Below are positions 1 through 10,298 of a stretch of DNA of 64,000 nt, piece by piece. The stretch is from assembly GCA_963749495.1 (NCBI GenBank), contig CAVVMW010000008.1:256001-320000 (forward strand), written 5' to 3'. The notes beneath the pieces were generated by a model. That model saw only the letters and a list, made by a program, of their open reading frames with translations, had not been told where the DNA came from and did not search any database. The stretch is from an uncultured bacterium (lineage in GTDB: Bacteria; Verrucomicrobiota; Verrucomicrobiia; Limisphaerales; UBA8199). The stretch's first letter is position 1, and each line of letters opens with the position of its first letter. The position numbers and the translations under genes are program-made.

Positions 1-208
1 GCTCCATTGGTGAACGCAGTGCTGGTGAGTTGCATGTTGACCTTTCCTTTTGTTTGCGCCGCGCCCAAACCCGCCAGGACCTGTCCGAGGACCAAATAGC
101 CAATCGCCCCGGCTGCCAGCGCGCGCGCGGCCCGACCCGGTTTGTTCATGGAGTGAACTTATCCCAAACCGGCGCGCGGGACAAGAGGGGATTCGGGGAG
201 GGGGCGGC

Positions 209-243
209 AATGACGAATGACGAATGGCGAATGACGAATGACG
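209..243. repeat. Heptamer tandem repeat (AATGACG)x5
   Basis: aatgacg aatgacg aatggcg aatgacg aatgacg read directly upstream of cysE. Confidence 0.9.
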
Positions 244-303
244 ATGCTCAAACTGCCGTCAGCCCCCTTGCCATAGGGCGGTATTTGCCGGATACTGCGC
301 CCT

Positions 304-1218
304 GTGCAGTTGACCGTTGCCCAGCTCACCGACCGCCTGATGGCCTCCTACGCAGGCTCCGGCGGCATCAACCACCTGGACGGCAAGAACCTCCCGTCCA
401 AACGGGCCGTCGCGCGCCTCACGACGGACCTGCTCCGGCTGCTGTTTCCGGGGTTTTTCGACCAGGAGCCGGTCCACTCCTCGAAGATTAGGACTGAGAC
501 CTCGACGCTGGTGGAGTCGGTGTTGGTCAGCCTGGAGGAGGAGATCCGCAAGAGCCTGGAATACAGTCCGCCGCCCGGGTTGGCCCCCGGGGAGGTGCGT
601 TCGAGGGCGCACAGTTTGACGGTCGAGTTCCTGGCGGGCATGCCCCAGGTGCGGGAGTTGCTGCAGACGGACACCGAGGCGGCCTATAACGGGGACCCGG
701 CGGCGTTGAGCAAGGAGGAGGTGATTGTGGCCTATCCCTTCATCGAGGCCATCGCGGTGCAGCGGCTGGCGCACGCGTTGTATTTGCGGCACGTGCCGCT
801 CATCCCGCGCATCATGACCGAGTGGGCCCACATGCACACGGGTATGGACCTGCACCCCGGCGCCCGAATCGGCTCCCACTTCTTTGTGGACCACTGCACC
901 GGCACCGTCGTGGGCGAGACCACCGAGATCGGCAGTCATGTCAAGATGTACCAAGGCGTCGGCCTGGTCGCCCGGTCGCTCTCGGCGGGCCGGAAACTGC
1001 GCGGCCAGAAGCGCCACCCCACCATCCAGGACCGCGTGACCATCTATGCCGGCGCCACCATTATGGGCGGCGACACCGTCGTGGGCGAGGGGAGCACGAT
1101 CGGCGCCAACGTCTTCCTGACCCGCAGCGTCCCACCCCATTCGCTCGTGGTCCAGGAAGCCGCCAACGTCAAGGTCATGAGCAAAAAGGGGCGCCAAGGC
1201 AAGCCGGCCCGGGCCTGA
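304..1218 (+). CDS. cysE: Serine O-acetyltransferase (CysE/EpsC type)
   Basis: GDPAA...AYP, QRLAHAL, TGMDLHPGARIG..FFVDH.TGTVVGET, KRHPTI and hexapeptide-repeat C-terminus; GTG start. Confidence 0.9.
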   Translation: MQLTVAQLTDRLMASYAGSGGINHLDGKNLPSKRAVARLTTDLLRLLFPGFFDQEPVHSSKIRTETSTLVESVLVSLEEEIRKSLEYSPPPGLAPGEVRSRAHSLTVEFLAGMPQVRELLQTDTEAAYNGDPAALSKEEVIVAYPFIEAIAVQRLAHALYLRHVPLIPRIMTEWAHMHTGMDLHPGARIGSHFFVDHCTGTVVGETTEIGSHVKMYQGVGLVARSLSAGRKLRGQKRHPTIQDRVTIYAGATIMGGDTVVGEGSTIGANVFLTRSVPPHSLVVQEAANVKVMSKKGRQGKPARA

Positions 1219-1288
1219 CTTTAAGATTGCGGAAGCGCGCGAAAGTGGTTAGAGTCAAGAAAAAGCCGCACGCGAAAGGACCACGAGT

Positions 1289-3355
1289 ATGTATTTCGGC
1301 GTCGATTACCATCCGGAACAGTGGGTTCACCCTTACGCCGGGACAGCGGAGCAGCCCGAGGCGGCCTGGGAACGAGACGCGGAGATGATGTTGAAGGCGG
1401 GCATCAACGTGGCGCGGATGGGGGAATTCACCTGGGGCCTTTGCGAGCCTGAGGAGGAGCATTTCGATTTTTCGTGGATGCAACGGGTAATGGACATCCT
1501 GGGCAAGGCGGGCATCAGCGTGGTGCTGGCCACGCCCACGGCGGCGCCGCCGATCTGGCTGGCCCGGCAACATCCCGAGATCCTGCCCATTGACGAATAC
1601 GGCCTGGTCAAGCACGAGGGGACCCGGCGGGCGGTCTGCCTCAACAGCGACGTATTCTGGAAACGCTCCCAGCGGGTGGTCCAGAAGATGGCCCAGGAGC
1701 TGGGCGGGCATCCGCACCTGATCGCCTGGCAAATTGACAACAGCCTGGGCGGCAACTTCACCGAGGCCTCGTTCAACGAGGATACGCGCCACGACTGGCA
1801 TGCCTGGCTGGAGGCCAAGTACGAGACGATCGACCGGCTCAACTACTGCATGGGGCTGCGCCACTGGGGCCAGGTGGCCAGGAATTGGGACGATGTGCCT
1901 ATGCCGATGGCCGCGCCGACCTTCCACAACCCCGCCCTGGTGCTGGACTGGTGCCGGTTCTGCAGCGACACGATCGTGCAGTTTGTCCGGATGCAGGCCG
2001 ACATCCTGCACGAGTTGAGCCCCAAGTGCCCGGTCACGACCAATTTGCGCCCGCTCCTGCACCGCTTCGATCACTTCGATCTGGCCGAGGTCATCGATTT
2101 CGTGTCCATCGAGAGCACCGCCGCGATCCGCCCCAAGGCCTCCGAGCTGGCTTGCGAGATCAACATGCTCCGCTCGCTCAAGAAGACCGGCATCCGCACC
2201 CCGGACGGCGACACCGGTTTTTGGGTCATCGAGCAGAAGGCGGGCAACGTCTCGTGGCAGGATGTCAATTCGCTGGTCCGGCCCGGCGTGCTGCGGATGT
2301 TCACCTACCAACTGGTCTCGCGCGGCGCATCGGCCATCCTGTTCTTCCGCTGGCGCCAGCCGCGCTTTGGGACCGAGAAATTCCACGGCGCGGTCCTGCC
2401 CCACACCGGGCGCGCGGACACCCGGATCTTCAGGGAAGTGGCACAGCTCGGGGACGAGATGAAACTGCTGGGCCCGTCGCTGCGGGGCACGCGCGTGCAA
2501 GCCGAGGCCGCCGTCCTTTACACCCACGACAACGAGTGGGCCCTGCAGCAGCCCAACCAGCCCAACAAGCATTTCAGCCTCCGCGAACACATCCAGCTCT
2601 TCTACAATGCCTTGCACGACCGCAATATCACGGTCGATTTCGCGCGCCCGACCGAGGACCTTTCCTCCTACAAACTGGTGTTTGCACCGTCGCTCCACCT
2701 GCTCTCGGGCGGCGAGGCCGACCGGCTCAAGCTCTATGTCCAAAACGGCGGCACCCTCATCGCCACCTTCAACACCGGCCTGGTGGACGAGCACAACTTG
2801 GCCCCGGACACCGGCTACCCGCACGACCTGACCGACGTGTTCGGGCTGGAGGTCGTCGAGTTCGACCAGTTGCCGCCGGGCGAAGAGAATCACCTCACCT
2901 TCAAAGGCACCTTCCCGACCAGCCACCTGCACCCCGCCCGCCTCTGGTGCAACCTCATCGAGCCCAGAGAATGCCAGGTCATTGCCACCTATGCCAAGGA
3001 CTTCTATGCCGGCCGCCCGGCCATGACCATGAACTCCTTCGGCCTGGGCAAGGCCATCTATATTGGCACCCAAAGCCACCAGCATTTTTACAGCGACTTC
3101 ATCCTGTGGCTGCGCCAACTCTGCAATCTGCACCCGCTCCTCAAGGTGCCCGAGACGGTCGAGGTCAGCATGCGCGAGCGCGAGGATACCCGCGTGTTCT
3201 TCCTCCTCAACCACCAGACCTCGCCCTTGCGCATCCAGTTCTACAAGCCCATGCACGATTTCCTCACCGGCAGCACCTTCTCCGGCAACTACGACCTCCA
3301 GCCCCACGGCGTCCTGGTCCTGGACGAGCACCAGGCCAAAGGACAAGCCCAATAG
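1289..3355 (+). CDS. Glycoside hydrolase family 42 (beta-galactosidase-like) protein; acid/base Glu apparently replaced by Ser
   Basis: FGVDYHPEQW, RMGEFTW..CEP, LATPTAAPPIWL, FFRWRQ..G.EKFHG, trimerisation domain; WQIDNS in place of the usual W.IDNE. Confidence 0.9.
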   Translation: MYFGVDYHPEQWVHPYAGTAEQPEAAWERDAEMMLKAGINVARMGEFTWGLCEPEEEHFDFSWMQRVMDILGKAGISVVLATPTAAPPIWLARQHPEILPIDEYGLVKHEGTRRAVCLNSDVFWKRSQRVVQKMAQELGGHPHLIAWQIDNSLGGNFTEASFNEDTRHDWHAWLEAKYETIDRLNYCMGLRHWGQVARNWDDVPMPMAAPTFHNPALVLDWCRFCSDTIVQFVRMQADILHELSPKCPVTTNLRPLLHRFDHFDLAEVIDFVSIESTAAIRPKASELACEINMLRSLKKTGIRTPDGDTGFWVIEQKAGNVSWQDVNSLVRPGVLRMFTYQLVSRGASAILFFRWRQPRFGTEKFHGAVLPHTGRADTRIFREVAQLGDEMKLLGPSLRGTRVQAEAAVLYTHDNEWALQQPNQPNKHFSLREHIQLFYNALHDRNITVDFARPTEDLSSYKLVFAPSLHLLSGGEADRLKLYVQNGGTLIATFNTGLVDEHNLAPDTGYPHDLTDVFGLEVVEFDQLPPGEENHLTFKGTFPTSHLHPARLWCNLIEPRECQVIATYAKDFYAGRPAMTMNSFGLGKAIYIGTQSHQHFYSDFILWLRQLCNLHPLLKVPETVEVSMREREDTRVFFLLNHQTSPLRIQFYKPMHDFLTGSTFSGNYDLQPHGVLVLDEHQAKGQAQ

Positions 3356-3370
3356 GGGGCCCGCGCCCCG

Positions 3371-3781
3371 ATGCTCCCCCCTCCCCCCAGGCACATCCCA
3401 CCTCTGGGACCCGGAAAGCGCAGCGCGCGCCAGCGCGTGCTCGCCCAATGGCGCGGGCTCGACACCGCGCCCATCGAGAAGGGGCAGGCCCTGCGCGCCC
3501 GAAGCCTGGGCGACCTCCTGCCCAAGGTCATCGCCAGCGTGCGCCTGGACCGGCGCCGCACGGACGTCGAGGTGACAAAGGTCTGGAACAGCCTGCTCGA
3601 CCCGAATATCGCGGCGCACGCGCAGCCCACGGGCCTGCACAAAGGCACCCTGTTTGTCACCGTGGACAGCAGTGTCTGGTTGAGCGAGATCGTGCGCTAT
3701 CGCCGCAGGGAGATCCTCGAGCGCCTCCAACACAGCTTTGGCGGAGAGTTGATCAAGAGAATCTCCTTCCGCGTGGGGTGA
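3371..3781 (+). CDS. dciA: DUF721/DciA family protein
   Basis: VW..LL.P.IAAHAQP..L.KGTLFVTVDSSVWLSEI......IL.RL...I..I.F.VG pattern. Confidence 0.75.
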   Translation: MLPPPPRHIPPLGPGKRSARQRVLAQWRGLDTAPIEKGQALRARSLGDLLPKVIASVRLDRRRTDVEVTKVWNSLLDPNIAAHAQPTGLHKGTLFVTVDSSVWLSEIVRYRRREILERLQHSFGGELIKRISFRVG

Positions 3782-3788
3782 CGAGGAA

Positions 3789-4015
3789 GTGCGGAGTGCG
3801 GAGTGGAGCAGGTTCGGAGCCTTGGGAGAAGGGTTCGCAGGACAGAGGTGGGAGGACAGAGGGCGGAGGACGGAGGACGGAAGTCGGAGGAGGCACAGGC
3901 AGAGGACGGCGCTTGGCGAGGCATTCCGCACTCCGTCCTCGCTCCCCAACGTCCTGCTCCGTCATTCGTCATTCGTCATTCGTCATTCCGCATTCCGCAC
4001 TCCGCATTCCGCACT
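3789..4015. repeat. Intergenic cluster of heptamer repeats in inverted arrangement (GCGGAGT, GACGGAG, GTCATTC, CGCACTC)
   Basis: Tandem 7-mers read directly; left and right arms are partly reverse complements. Confidence 0.85.
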
Positions 4016-4065
4016 CTTTTGTCTTGCTGGCGGGCGGGTCTTGCTTGGAGAATGGTCCCCTCTCG

Positions 4066-5058
4066 ATGACAAAAGCACTGCTCTTAGGGTTGGGCCGATG
4101 GGGTGTGAACCACCTGCGGAATCTCAAGGTCATGCCGGTGGAGCTCTACGTGGCGGAGGTGGACTCCAAGCGTCTGGAGCCGGCGCGCAAGCTGGGCGTG
4201 CCGGAAACGCATTTGACAGCCGACTACCGCGAGGTGGCGGGGAAGGTGGACTGCGTGGTGGTGGTCACGCCGGCGCAGACCCATTTTCCGATCTGCCTCG
4301 AGTTGCTCGAGGCGGGCAAGGACGTGTTCGTCGAGAAACCGATCACGCTGGTTTCGGCGGAGGCCCGGCAACTGGCCGAACTGGCGGGGGCGCGCGGGCG
4401 CATCCTCCAGGTGGGCCATATTTTCCGGTTTGACCCGGCCTCGCAGTGGCTGCGCCAGGCCATCGGGTCCGGACAGTTTGGCCGGGTGCGGCTGCTGCGC
4501 AGCAATTTCAGCGGCTTCAAACGCCCGCGCAACGACAGCGGTGTGATGTTCGCCGACGCCATCCATTTCGTGGACCTGTTCAACTACTTCATGGGCCGGA
4601 CCCCCGAGCGCGTCTTCGCCGCCGTGCAGGATTTCCTGGGCCGCGGGATGGAAGACGCCTCGCTCCTGTCGCTCGAATACCCGGGCAGCCAGGGACCGGT
4701 CTGGGGCACGGTCGAGACCAATTACTTCCTGCCGGGCAAGTTCCGCGAGGTGACCGTCGTCGGCAGCGACTTGAGCGCGGTGTGCGATTACAATGTGGCG
4801 CAATATAAGATTAAGACCTTTGCCAACCGGCACGCCAAAGAGGGCAATGACTTCAAGGCCATCGAGGGCGCCCTCCACCAGGTCGAGAGCCCGCCCGAGG
4901 AACCGCTGCTGGCTGAACTGCGGGCCTTCCTGGACTCGGTCCAGACCCGCAAAGCCCCCCTGGCGGACGGCTGGGCCGGCTATGATGCGGTGCGCGTGCT
5001 GGAGGCGGCCATGGAATCCGCGCAAAAGAGGCGGGTTGTAGAGGTGAAGAAACCCTGA
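4066..5058 (+). CDS. Gfo/Idh/MocA family oxidoreductase (probable NDP-sugar dehydrogenase)
   Basis: C-terminal part of ORF 1885..5058; ATG at 4066, GLGRWG Rossmann motif, VFVEKP, VGHIFRF, IHFVD; adjacent to DegT aminotransferase. Confidence 0.9.
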   Translation: MTKALLLGLGRWGVNHLRNLKVMPVELYVAEVDSKRLEPARKLGVPETHLTADYREVAGKVDCVVVVTPAQTHFPICLELLEAGKDVFVEKPITLVSAEARQLAELAGARGRILQVGHIFRFDPASQWLRQAIGSGQFGRVRLLRSNFSGFKRPRNDSGVMFADAIHFVDLFNYFMGRTPERVFAAVQDFLGRGMEDASLLSLEYPGSQGPVWGTVETNYFLPGKFREVTVVGSDLSAVCDYNVAQYKIKTFANRHAKEGNDFKAIEGALHQVESPPEEPLLAELRAFLDSVQTRKAPLADGWAGYDAVRVLEAAMESAQKRRVVEVKKP

Positions 5059-5136
5059 AACCCATGTCTGGGTGTGAGACAGAATTCTTCTCGGACCTCT
5101 AGATCGCAACTGTCAGATCCCATCTGGGTCTTCGAT

Positions 5137-5224
5137 CCTTCGTTTCCTTCGTTTCCTTCTGTTTTTTCCTGCATCCCTCCGGCCGGGCACAGGAACAGAA
5201 CAGAAGGAAACCAAGGAAACGAAG
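5137..5224. repeat. Hairpin built from 9-bp tandem units (CCTTCGTTT / AAACGAAGG)
   Basis: ccttcgttt ccttcgttt ccttctgtt ... aacagaagg aaaccaagg aaacgaag. Confidence 0.8.
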
Positions 5225-5419
5225 AGGCGGCCTGATGCGGCGGCATCGCCCGGGTCCGTGCCGGTTCGTATCTGGCTGCCTGGATACTCTTTGTGACGAA
5301 AGCCTAGCAAAACCCATGTTGTGAGGATTCTTGTCCTACGCCCCCCCGTGTCTATCGGTGTTCATCGGTGGTTGCAAAACCCGGGCGGCCCGATTTAGGA
5401 TGTTCTCCGAATTTGGCAA

Positions 5420-6508
5420 ATGCAAAAAATCCCATTATCCAAGTGTTTCGTAAACGCGGAGGTCGAGGAGGCGGCCTTGCGCGCGCTTCGCTCGGGCCAG
5501 TATATCCTGGGCAAGGAATCGCAGGCCTTCGAGGCGGAACTGGCCGCCTACACCGGCACGCGGCAGTGCGTGCTGGGGTCCTCCTGGACGCTGATTGTCT
5601 ATCTGCTGCACCAATTGCAGGGGGTTGGCCCCGGCGACGAGATCATCGTGCCGAGCCACACCGCCTTCCCGACGATGGAACCGCTCATCCACCTGGGCGC
5701 GCGCCCGGTGTTCGTGGATGTCGACGACACTTACGTGATGGACCTGGACCAGGTCGAGGCGGCCATCACCCCGCGCACAGTCGGCGTCATCCCGGTCTAT
5801 CTCTACGGCCACCCCGTGGACGTGGACCGCCTGCTGGCCATCGCCTCACGGCATCACCTGTGGGTCATCGAGGACTGTGCCCAGGCCCAGGGCGCCCGCT
5901 ACAAGGGCAAGACCGTCGGCGGCCTGGCAGATTTCGGGGCATTCAGCTTTTTCCCCTCGAAGAACCTGACGGTGCTTGGGGACGGCGGCTGCGTGGCCAC
6001 CAACAACAATCAGATGGCCGAACGGCTGCGGATGCTGCGCAACCACGGACGCCAGGGCAAATACGACCACGAGTTCGCGGGTTACAACGTGCGCTTCAAC
6101 GAGATCAACGCCGCCATCGGGCGCGTCATGCTCAAGCACCTGGACGCCTTCAACGAGAACCGGCGCAAGATTGCCGCCCGCTACAACGAGCGCCTCAAGG
6201 GCATCGTGCAGACGCCCCCCGAGCGCGAGTGGGCACAGGCCGTGTATCACATGTACGTCGTCCGTTGCGACCGCCGCGACAACCTCCAGAAATTCCTCAA
6301 GGAACACAACATCGAGACCGGCATCCATTACCCCAAACCCAATCACTTGCAGCCCGCCGTCACCGGCCGCTTCCCCTATGTGCCCCGCCTGCCGCGCACC
6401 GAGCAAATCGTCAAAGAAATCCTCTCCCTGCCCATCCACGGCCAGATGGGCCTGGACGCCGCCAACCTGGTCTGCGACACCCTCGCGCAGTTTTACGGCA
6501 AGAAATAG
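5420..6508 (+). CDS. DegT/DnrJ/EryC1/StrS family PLP-dependent aminotransferase
   Basis: IEDCAQA.G, FSFFPSKNL..GDGG, LRNHG, GYN.R, LSLPIH. Confidence 0.95.
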   Translation: MQKIPLSKCFVNAEVEEAALRALRSGQYILGKESQAFEAELAAYTGTRQCVLGSSWTLIVYLLHQLQGVGPGDEIIVPSHTAFPTMEPLIHLGARPVFVDVDDTYVMDLDQVEAAITPRTVGVIPVYLYGHPVDVDRLLAIASRHHLWVIEDCAQAQGARYKGKTVGGLADFGAFSFFPSKNLTVLGDGGCVATNNNQMAERLRMLRNHGRQGKYDHEFAGYNVRFNEINAAIGRVMLKHLDAFNENRRKIAARYNERLKGIVQTPPEREWAQAVYHMYVVRCDRRDNLQKFLKEHNIETGIHYPKPNHLQPAVTGRFPYVPRLPRTEQIVKEILSLPIHGQMGLDAANLVCDTLAQFYGKK

Positions 6509-6555
6509 CGCCGGGCCGTAATCGGCAGTGAAGGCGCAGACGGAGTGCCGGGCGG

Positions 6556-6685
6556 ACCCCTCACCCCAACCCTCTCCCCTTCCGAAGGGGAGAGGGCGGA
6601 GCGTCGGCAGCCTCTCGAACTTCCGGGCGTCTCCGGTTCCTCGAGCCGCTAGCGAGAATTCTCCCTCTCCCCTTCCGACGGGGGT
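6556..6685. repeat. REP-like palindromic element (CCCTCTCCCCTTCCGAAGGGGAGAGGG), second copy truncated
   Basis: Hairpin at ~6570-6596 and partial second copy at ~6663-6685 abutting the transposase remnant. Confidence 0.7.
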
Positions 6686-6711
6686 ATCATTACGAACAAC
6701 GGTTGGACAGG

Positions 6712-7851
6712 TCAGTTGAGCCTGACGGGGGGGTTGATTTTTGCGAGCGGTGCCGCGAACCGATCCGGCCAGAAATCCAGCAGTTTGTCGATGAAGTGGG
6801 CTTCGCGCAGGAGCCGTTTGGGCAGGCGACCGCAGGGTTCCGGGCGTTGGTCTTGACGCCACCGATGGAATCCGCCTTGGGGCATGGAGAGATCCGCGAA
6901 CTTGTTGGCGAGTCGATCCAACCCACCCCCCAGGACCTGTTGCAGGTAAGATTCCTGGCGCAGGTTGGGCACCAACATAAACTCCGCCGGCAGGGCCTGA
7001 AAGTCCCGGGTCAAGTGGCTGCGGCCGTGAATCTGGCGGCACATCCGTTTGCCCTGAGTCCAGTGGGTTTCCAGGGCATTAGTGGTACGCAAGGGCAGCC
7101 CGCCGCCCTCGCCGGCCCCCTCCGGCAAGCCCAAACACGTCCAATACCGATCCAGATGGGTTAAGACAATGCGCCCTAGTTTTCGGTCTTGGGCCGGCAA
7201 ATCCTCCTGCGCCGAAAGCTTTTGGAGTTCCTCCCGCAAGCTCTCCAAGTCACTGCGCACGGCGCGCGCCTCGGGAGCCGCCAAGGCATAGGCCTCCCGC
7301 AAGGGGCGTGGGCCGGTGGCCGAAAGTCGCAAGACGGCTCGAAACCGCTCGAACATCGTGTAAGCTTTTTCAAACAACGCCGCACTCTGCCGGACCTGTG
7401 GGTCGGCCAAGTAATCGCTTAAGAGTTGCCGGAAGTTGCGCAGGGCCAAAGGGGCTATGGCCCAGAGCTTGGGTTGCGCCCGCAGGGCCTCCAGTGCCCC
7501 GGCCACCTGGACGATGCGTCAATGGTAATAGAGCAAATGCGGATCGAAGGGAAATCCCTGGCGGTGTCCCTCGCTGACATAATCCAGGATCCACAAGTGA
7601 CACGCCAGCAGGATCTCCCGGCCCAAGGTGGGCGAGCCTGCGTGGGGCAGCGCTTGGCCAGCCCACAAGGCTTGGAGCACCGGCGAAACCTCTTTTCCTC
7701 GCGTTTGGGCCTGCAATTGTTCGGTTTGGCTGCGCCGTTGTTCTTTGAGGCGCCCTTGCAGCCGCAGAGCCTGCAAGCGCTTGAACAGGGCCGCTTGCGG
7801 AGCTTGGTAGAGGTCCCGCCCCACGTCGCAACCCAGATGCCTGAGCCTCAA
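6712..7851 (-). pseudogene. Transposase remnant (MULE/IS256-like DDE fold), 5'-truncated, with in-frame stop
   Basis: ORFs 7519..7851 and 6712..7506 are in the same frame, separated by TGA at 7519-7521; HLGCDVGRDLY and LRTTNALE motifs resemble the C/H motif and catalytic-Glu region of this fold. Confidence 0.6.
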
Positions 7852-8152
7852 CCTCCAGCGCCTCAGTGCCGACTGGCTGGAACACTACGGCCACCCCATC
7901 GCCTTGGTCGAAACCTATGTGGACCCCAAACGGTTCGAAGGCACCTGTTATCGTGCCGCCAATTGGTTTGAAATCGGCGTGACCAAAGGCTGGGGACGCT
8001 CCCGCCTGGATTTCTATCAACTCCACCAGCAGCCCAAAGCCATCTTCGTGTATCCGCTGGTCCGCAACGCCCGCCAGATCCTCTCGGCTCCGCTCATGCC
8101 GGCAGCTTGGGCGCCCTATCGCCGAGAGCCCCGCCTCAGGAATATCCTTTGA
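7852..8152 (+). pseudogene. C-terminal fragment of DUF4338 (DruA-like) IS passenger gene
   Basis: LQRLSADWLEHYGHPIALVETYVDPKRFEGTCYRAANW..IG.TKGWGR, paralogous to the C-terminus of 10934..11806. Confidence 0.8.
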
Positions 8153-9317
8153 GCGGAAAACAAACCCAAAGCTTGCTCCACGCCCTGGCCCCACTCCACG
8201 ACCCCCGCCGCTACCGGGGTTGGCGCCATCGCCGCGTCGCCTCCATTGTGGCCATTGCTGCCGCCGCGATGATTGCGGGCAACAACTCCCTGATCAATAT
8301 CGGCGAGTTCTCCCAGTCCCTCAACCAAAACCAACTCCGCAGCCTGCGCGCCTGCCGTTGCCGCAAGACCCGCAAGTTCATCCCTCCCAGCGAAACGACC
8401 ATCCGCCGAATCCTCCAGCGCCTGGACCCGACAGAATTGGACAGGCTGATCAACGATTGGCTGCGCTCCCACCTCAAGAACGCGGGCATCGCCGCACTGG
8501 CCGTCAATGGCAAATGTGCCCGCACCGCCGCCAAAATCAACGGACAAGGCATCCAACTCTTCGGCGCCCTGGACACCCAAACCCAACTCTTTTGCCGCCA
8601 AATCCAAATCCCGGCCAAGACCAATGAAATACCCACCCTCAAGGACCTGCTCCGGGACTTGGACCTGCGCGGCACCTTGGTCAGCGCCGACGCGCTCAAT
8701 ACTCAGACCGCCACCGCCGACCATGTGGTCGAGGAAAAAAAGGCCGACTACCTCCTGGTCGTCAAAGCCAATCAACCCAAGCTCTTCGACAAACTGGCCC
8801 GCCTGTCTCACGCGCCGAAAGGCGTTTTTTCCCCCTGAGCACATCACGATTGACCAAGGCCATGGACGGCATGAAACCCGCGAGGTCTGGCCCTTTGAAG
8901 TCACACCCCGAACAGTGCGGCTTCCCACACGCCCTCCAAGCCGCCGTCATCGTGCGCACTACTCACCATCTCAAAGCCGTTCGCGTTACCGAAGAGGCCG
9001 AACTGGTCTTGAGCAGCCGCCCCAATGCGCAGATGGATGCGGCGCAATTGCAGGCCTTTCGCCGTGGCCATTGGAGCATCGAGTCGGTCCACTACGTGCG
9101 CGATGTCACTTTCGGCGAAGATGCTTGCACCGTCCGCACCGGCCACGGCCCGCAAAACCTGGGTGCCTTGCGCAACCTGGTCATCGGCCTCTGTGCCCTG
9201 GATGCTGCCCGCCAGCACAAAGCCACCTCCTATCTGCCACGCTTTCGCTGTGCCGCCAGGAACAATCGCCGCTTGGCCATCAACCTGGTCGGTCGTCCTC
9301 TGCTCAATAACACCTGA
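8149..9317 (+). mobile_element. ISAs1 family transposase, split over several frames and probably inactive
   Basis: DPRRYRGWRH, PSETTIRR, AVNGK (normally DGK), KTNEIP, VSADALNTQ, VKANQP, RGHWSIE..HYVRDVTFGED; frame changes at TTTTTTCCCCC (~8825-8835) and ~8905. Confidence 0.85.
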
Positions 9318-9493
9318 TGGGGTGCTCCCCTGAGTCTGAGCATCGGTTCGGCTCTGATCGGTCTGGTCTCTCTGCATGCCGGACGTTTCTATGGCTTCCC
9401 ACATTGCTGCCCGGATCTGAGCAAATCCTCCCTATAACAGCCTGGCAATTCACACTGCGCGAGCCGTTGTGGCGACGAGATCCTCGCCTGCGC

Positions 9494-9814
9494 TCACGCC
9501 CCGATTCCACCCGACAAGGGCCGTTCTAAACGCCGAAGCCGTGGCCCCGAAGCGAGGGTGTCCGATCCTCCCATAGTGCCAAGGTCAATCGTGGCTCCAT
9601 TGTCCCAGAGAATCGCGTGGGTGATGTCCTCTTTGGTCGCGGCCCAACCAACGACCTGGCCCCGGTTGTTCATTCCGGTTGCCCGGGTCCAAGCGAATCC
9701 AGGGGGAATTCCCAACTCGATGAGCACATATTTTGGCCCACCAAAGGACGGGTAAATCGCCAGGCCTACAAACGTCAACAGGACGGCTGCTCCTTTCCAG
9801 AGTTGAAGCTTCAT
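9494..9814 (-). pseudogene. Truncated secreted HAF-repeat protein
   Basis: Signal peptide, then ATGMNNRGQVVGW...HAILWDNG..IDLGTMGG (single HAF repeat), then unrelated sequence. Confidence 0.7.
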
Positions 9815-9960
9815 AAGCGCATCTTGAAACCGAGCCGCAACATGTCAAGTGGAAAGAACCGCTCATCGCAATGTACAGGTGCCTGGGATCTCAGAGTATT
9901 CGCCTATCCATGGGCATCGATCGCCGTGCGGAAGGCAGAATTGGCCACTACGGGCCTGGC

Positions 9961-10298
9961 CTATAGTTTCCCGGCGGCCTTCTCCATCTCGGTCTTTCGG
10001 GCCTGAAGATCGGCCAACTTCCGTCTGAGGATAGCAATCTCCGTGTTGATTTTCCGCAATTCTGCCTGGCTCTTGGTTTCGGCCAGGTGCTTCGAGCCGC
10101 ACTGCTCAGCGATATACCGCTCCAATTGGGCCCTCAAAATCCTCAAATAGGGGTTGCCCCAGATCGAGCCCTCTCGGTATTCAAGCTTGCCGGCTCGAAT
10201 ACCTTTCACAATGAACTCCCGGCTAACCCGTACTCCTTCCGAGCCGTCACGTCGCTGAGGGTTGCCCCTTTGCGATTCCATTCGCCGTATTCAGCCAT
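9961..10298 (-). CDS. Small hypothetical protein, HTH-like N-terminus plus coiled coil; 1-bp frameshift near 10228
   Basis: ATG at 10298 reads MAEYGEWNRKGATLSDVTARKEYG and joins VSREFIVKGIRAGKLEYREG... if one G is restored. Confidence 0.6.

Noticed and set aside
1175..3949. 924-aa reverse-strand ORF and similar long antisense ORFs (e.g. 22281..24071, 30065..31657, 59631..60953)
   Set aside because: Antisense shadows of well-supported genes, expected in GC-rich DNA; no recognisable motifs.
1885..4065. 1057-aa ORF 1885..5058 as a single protein
   Set aside because: The N-terminal ~725 aa is an off-frame shadow of GH42, dciA and repeats; the real gene starts at ATG 4066.
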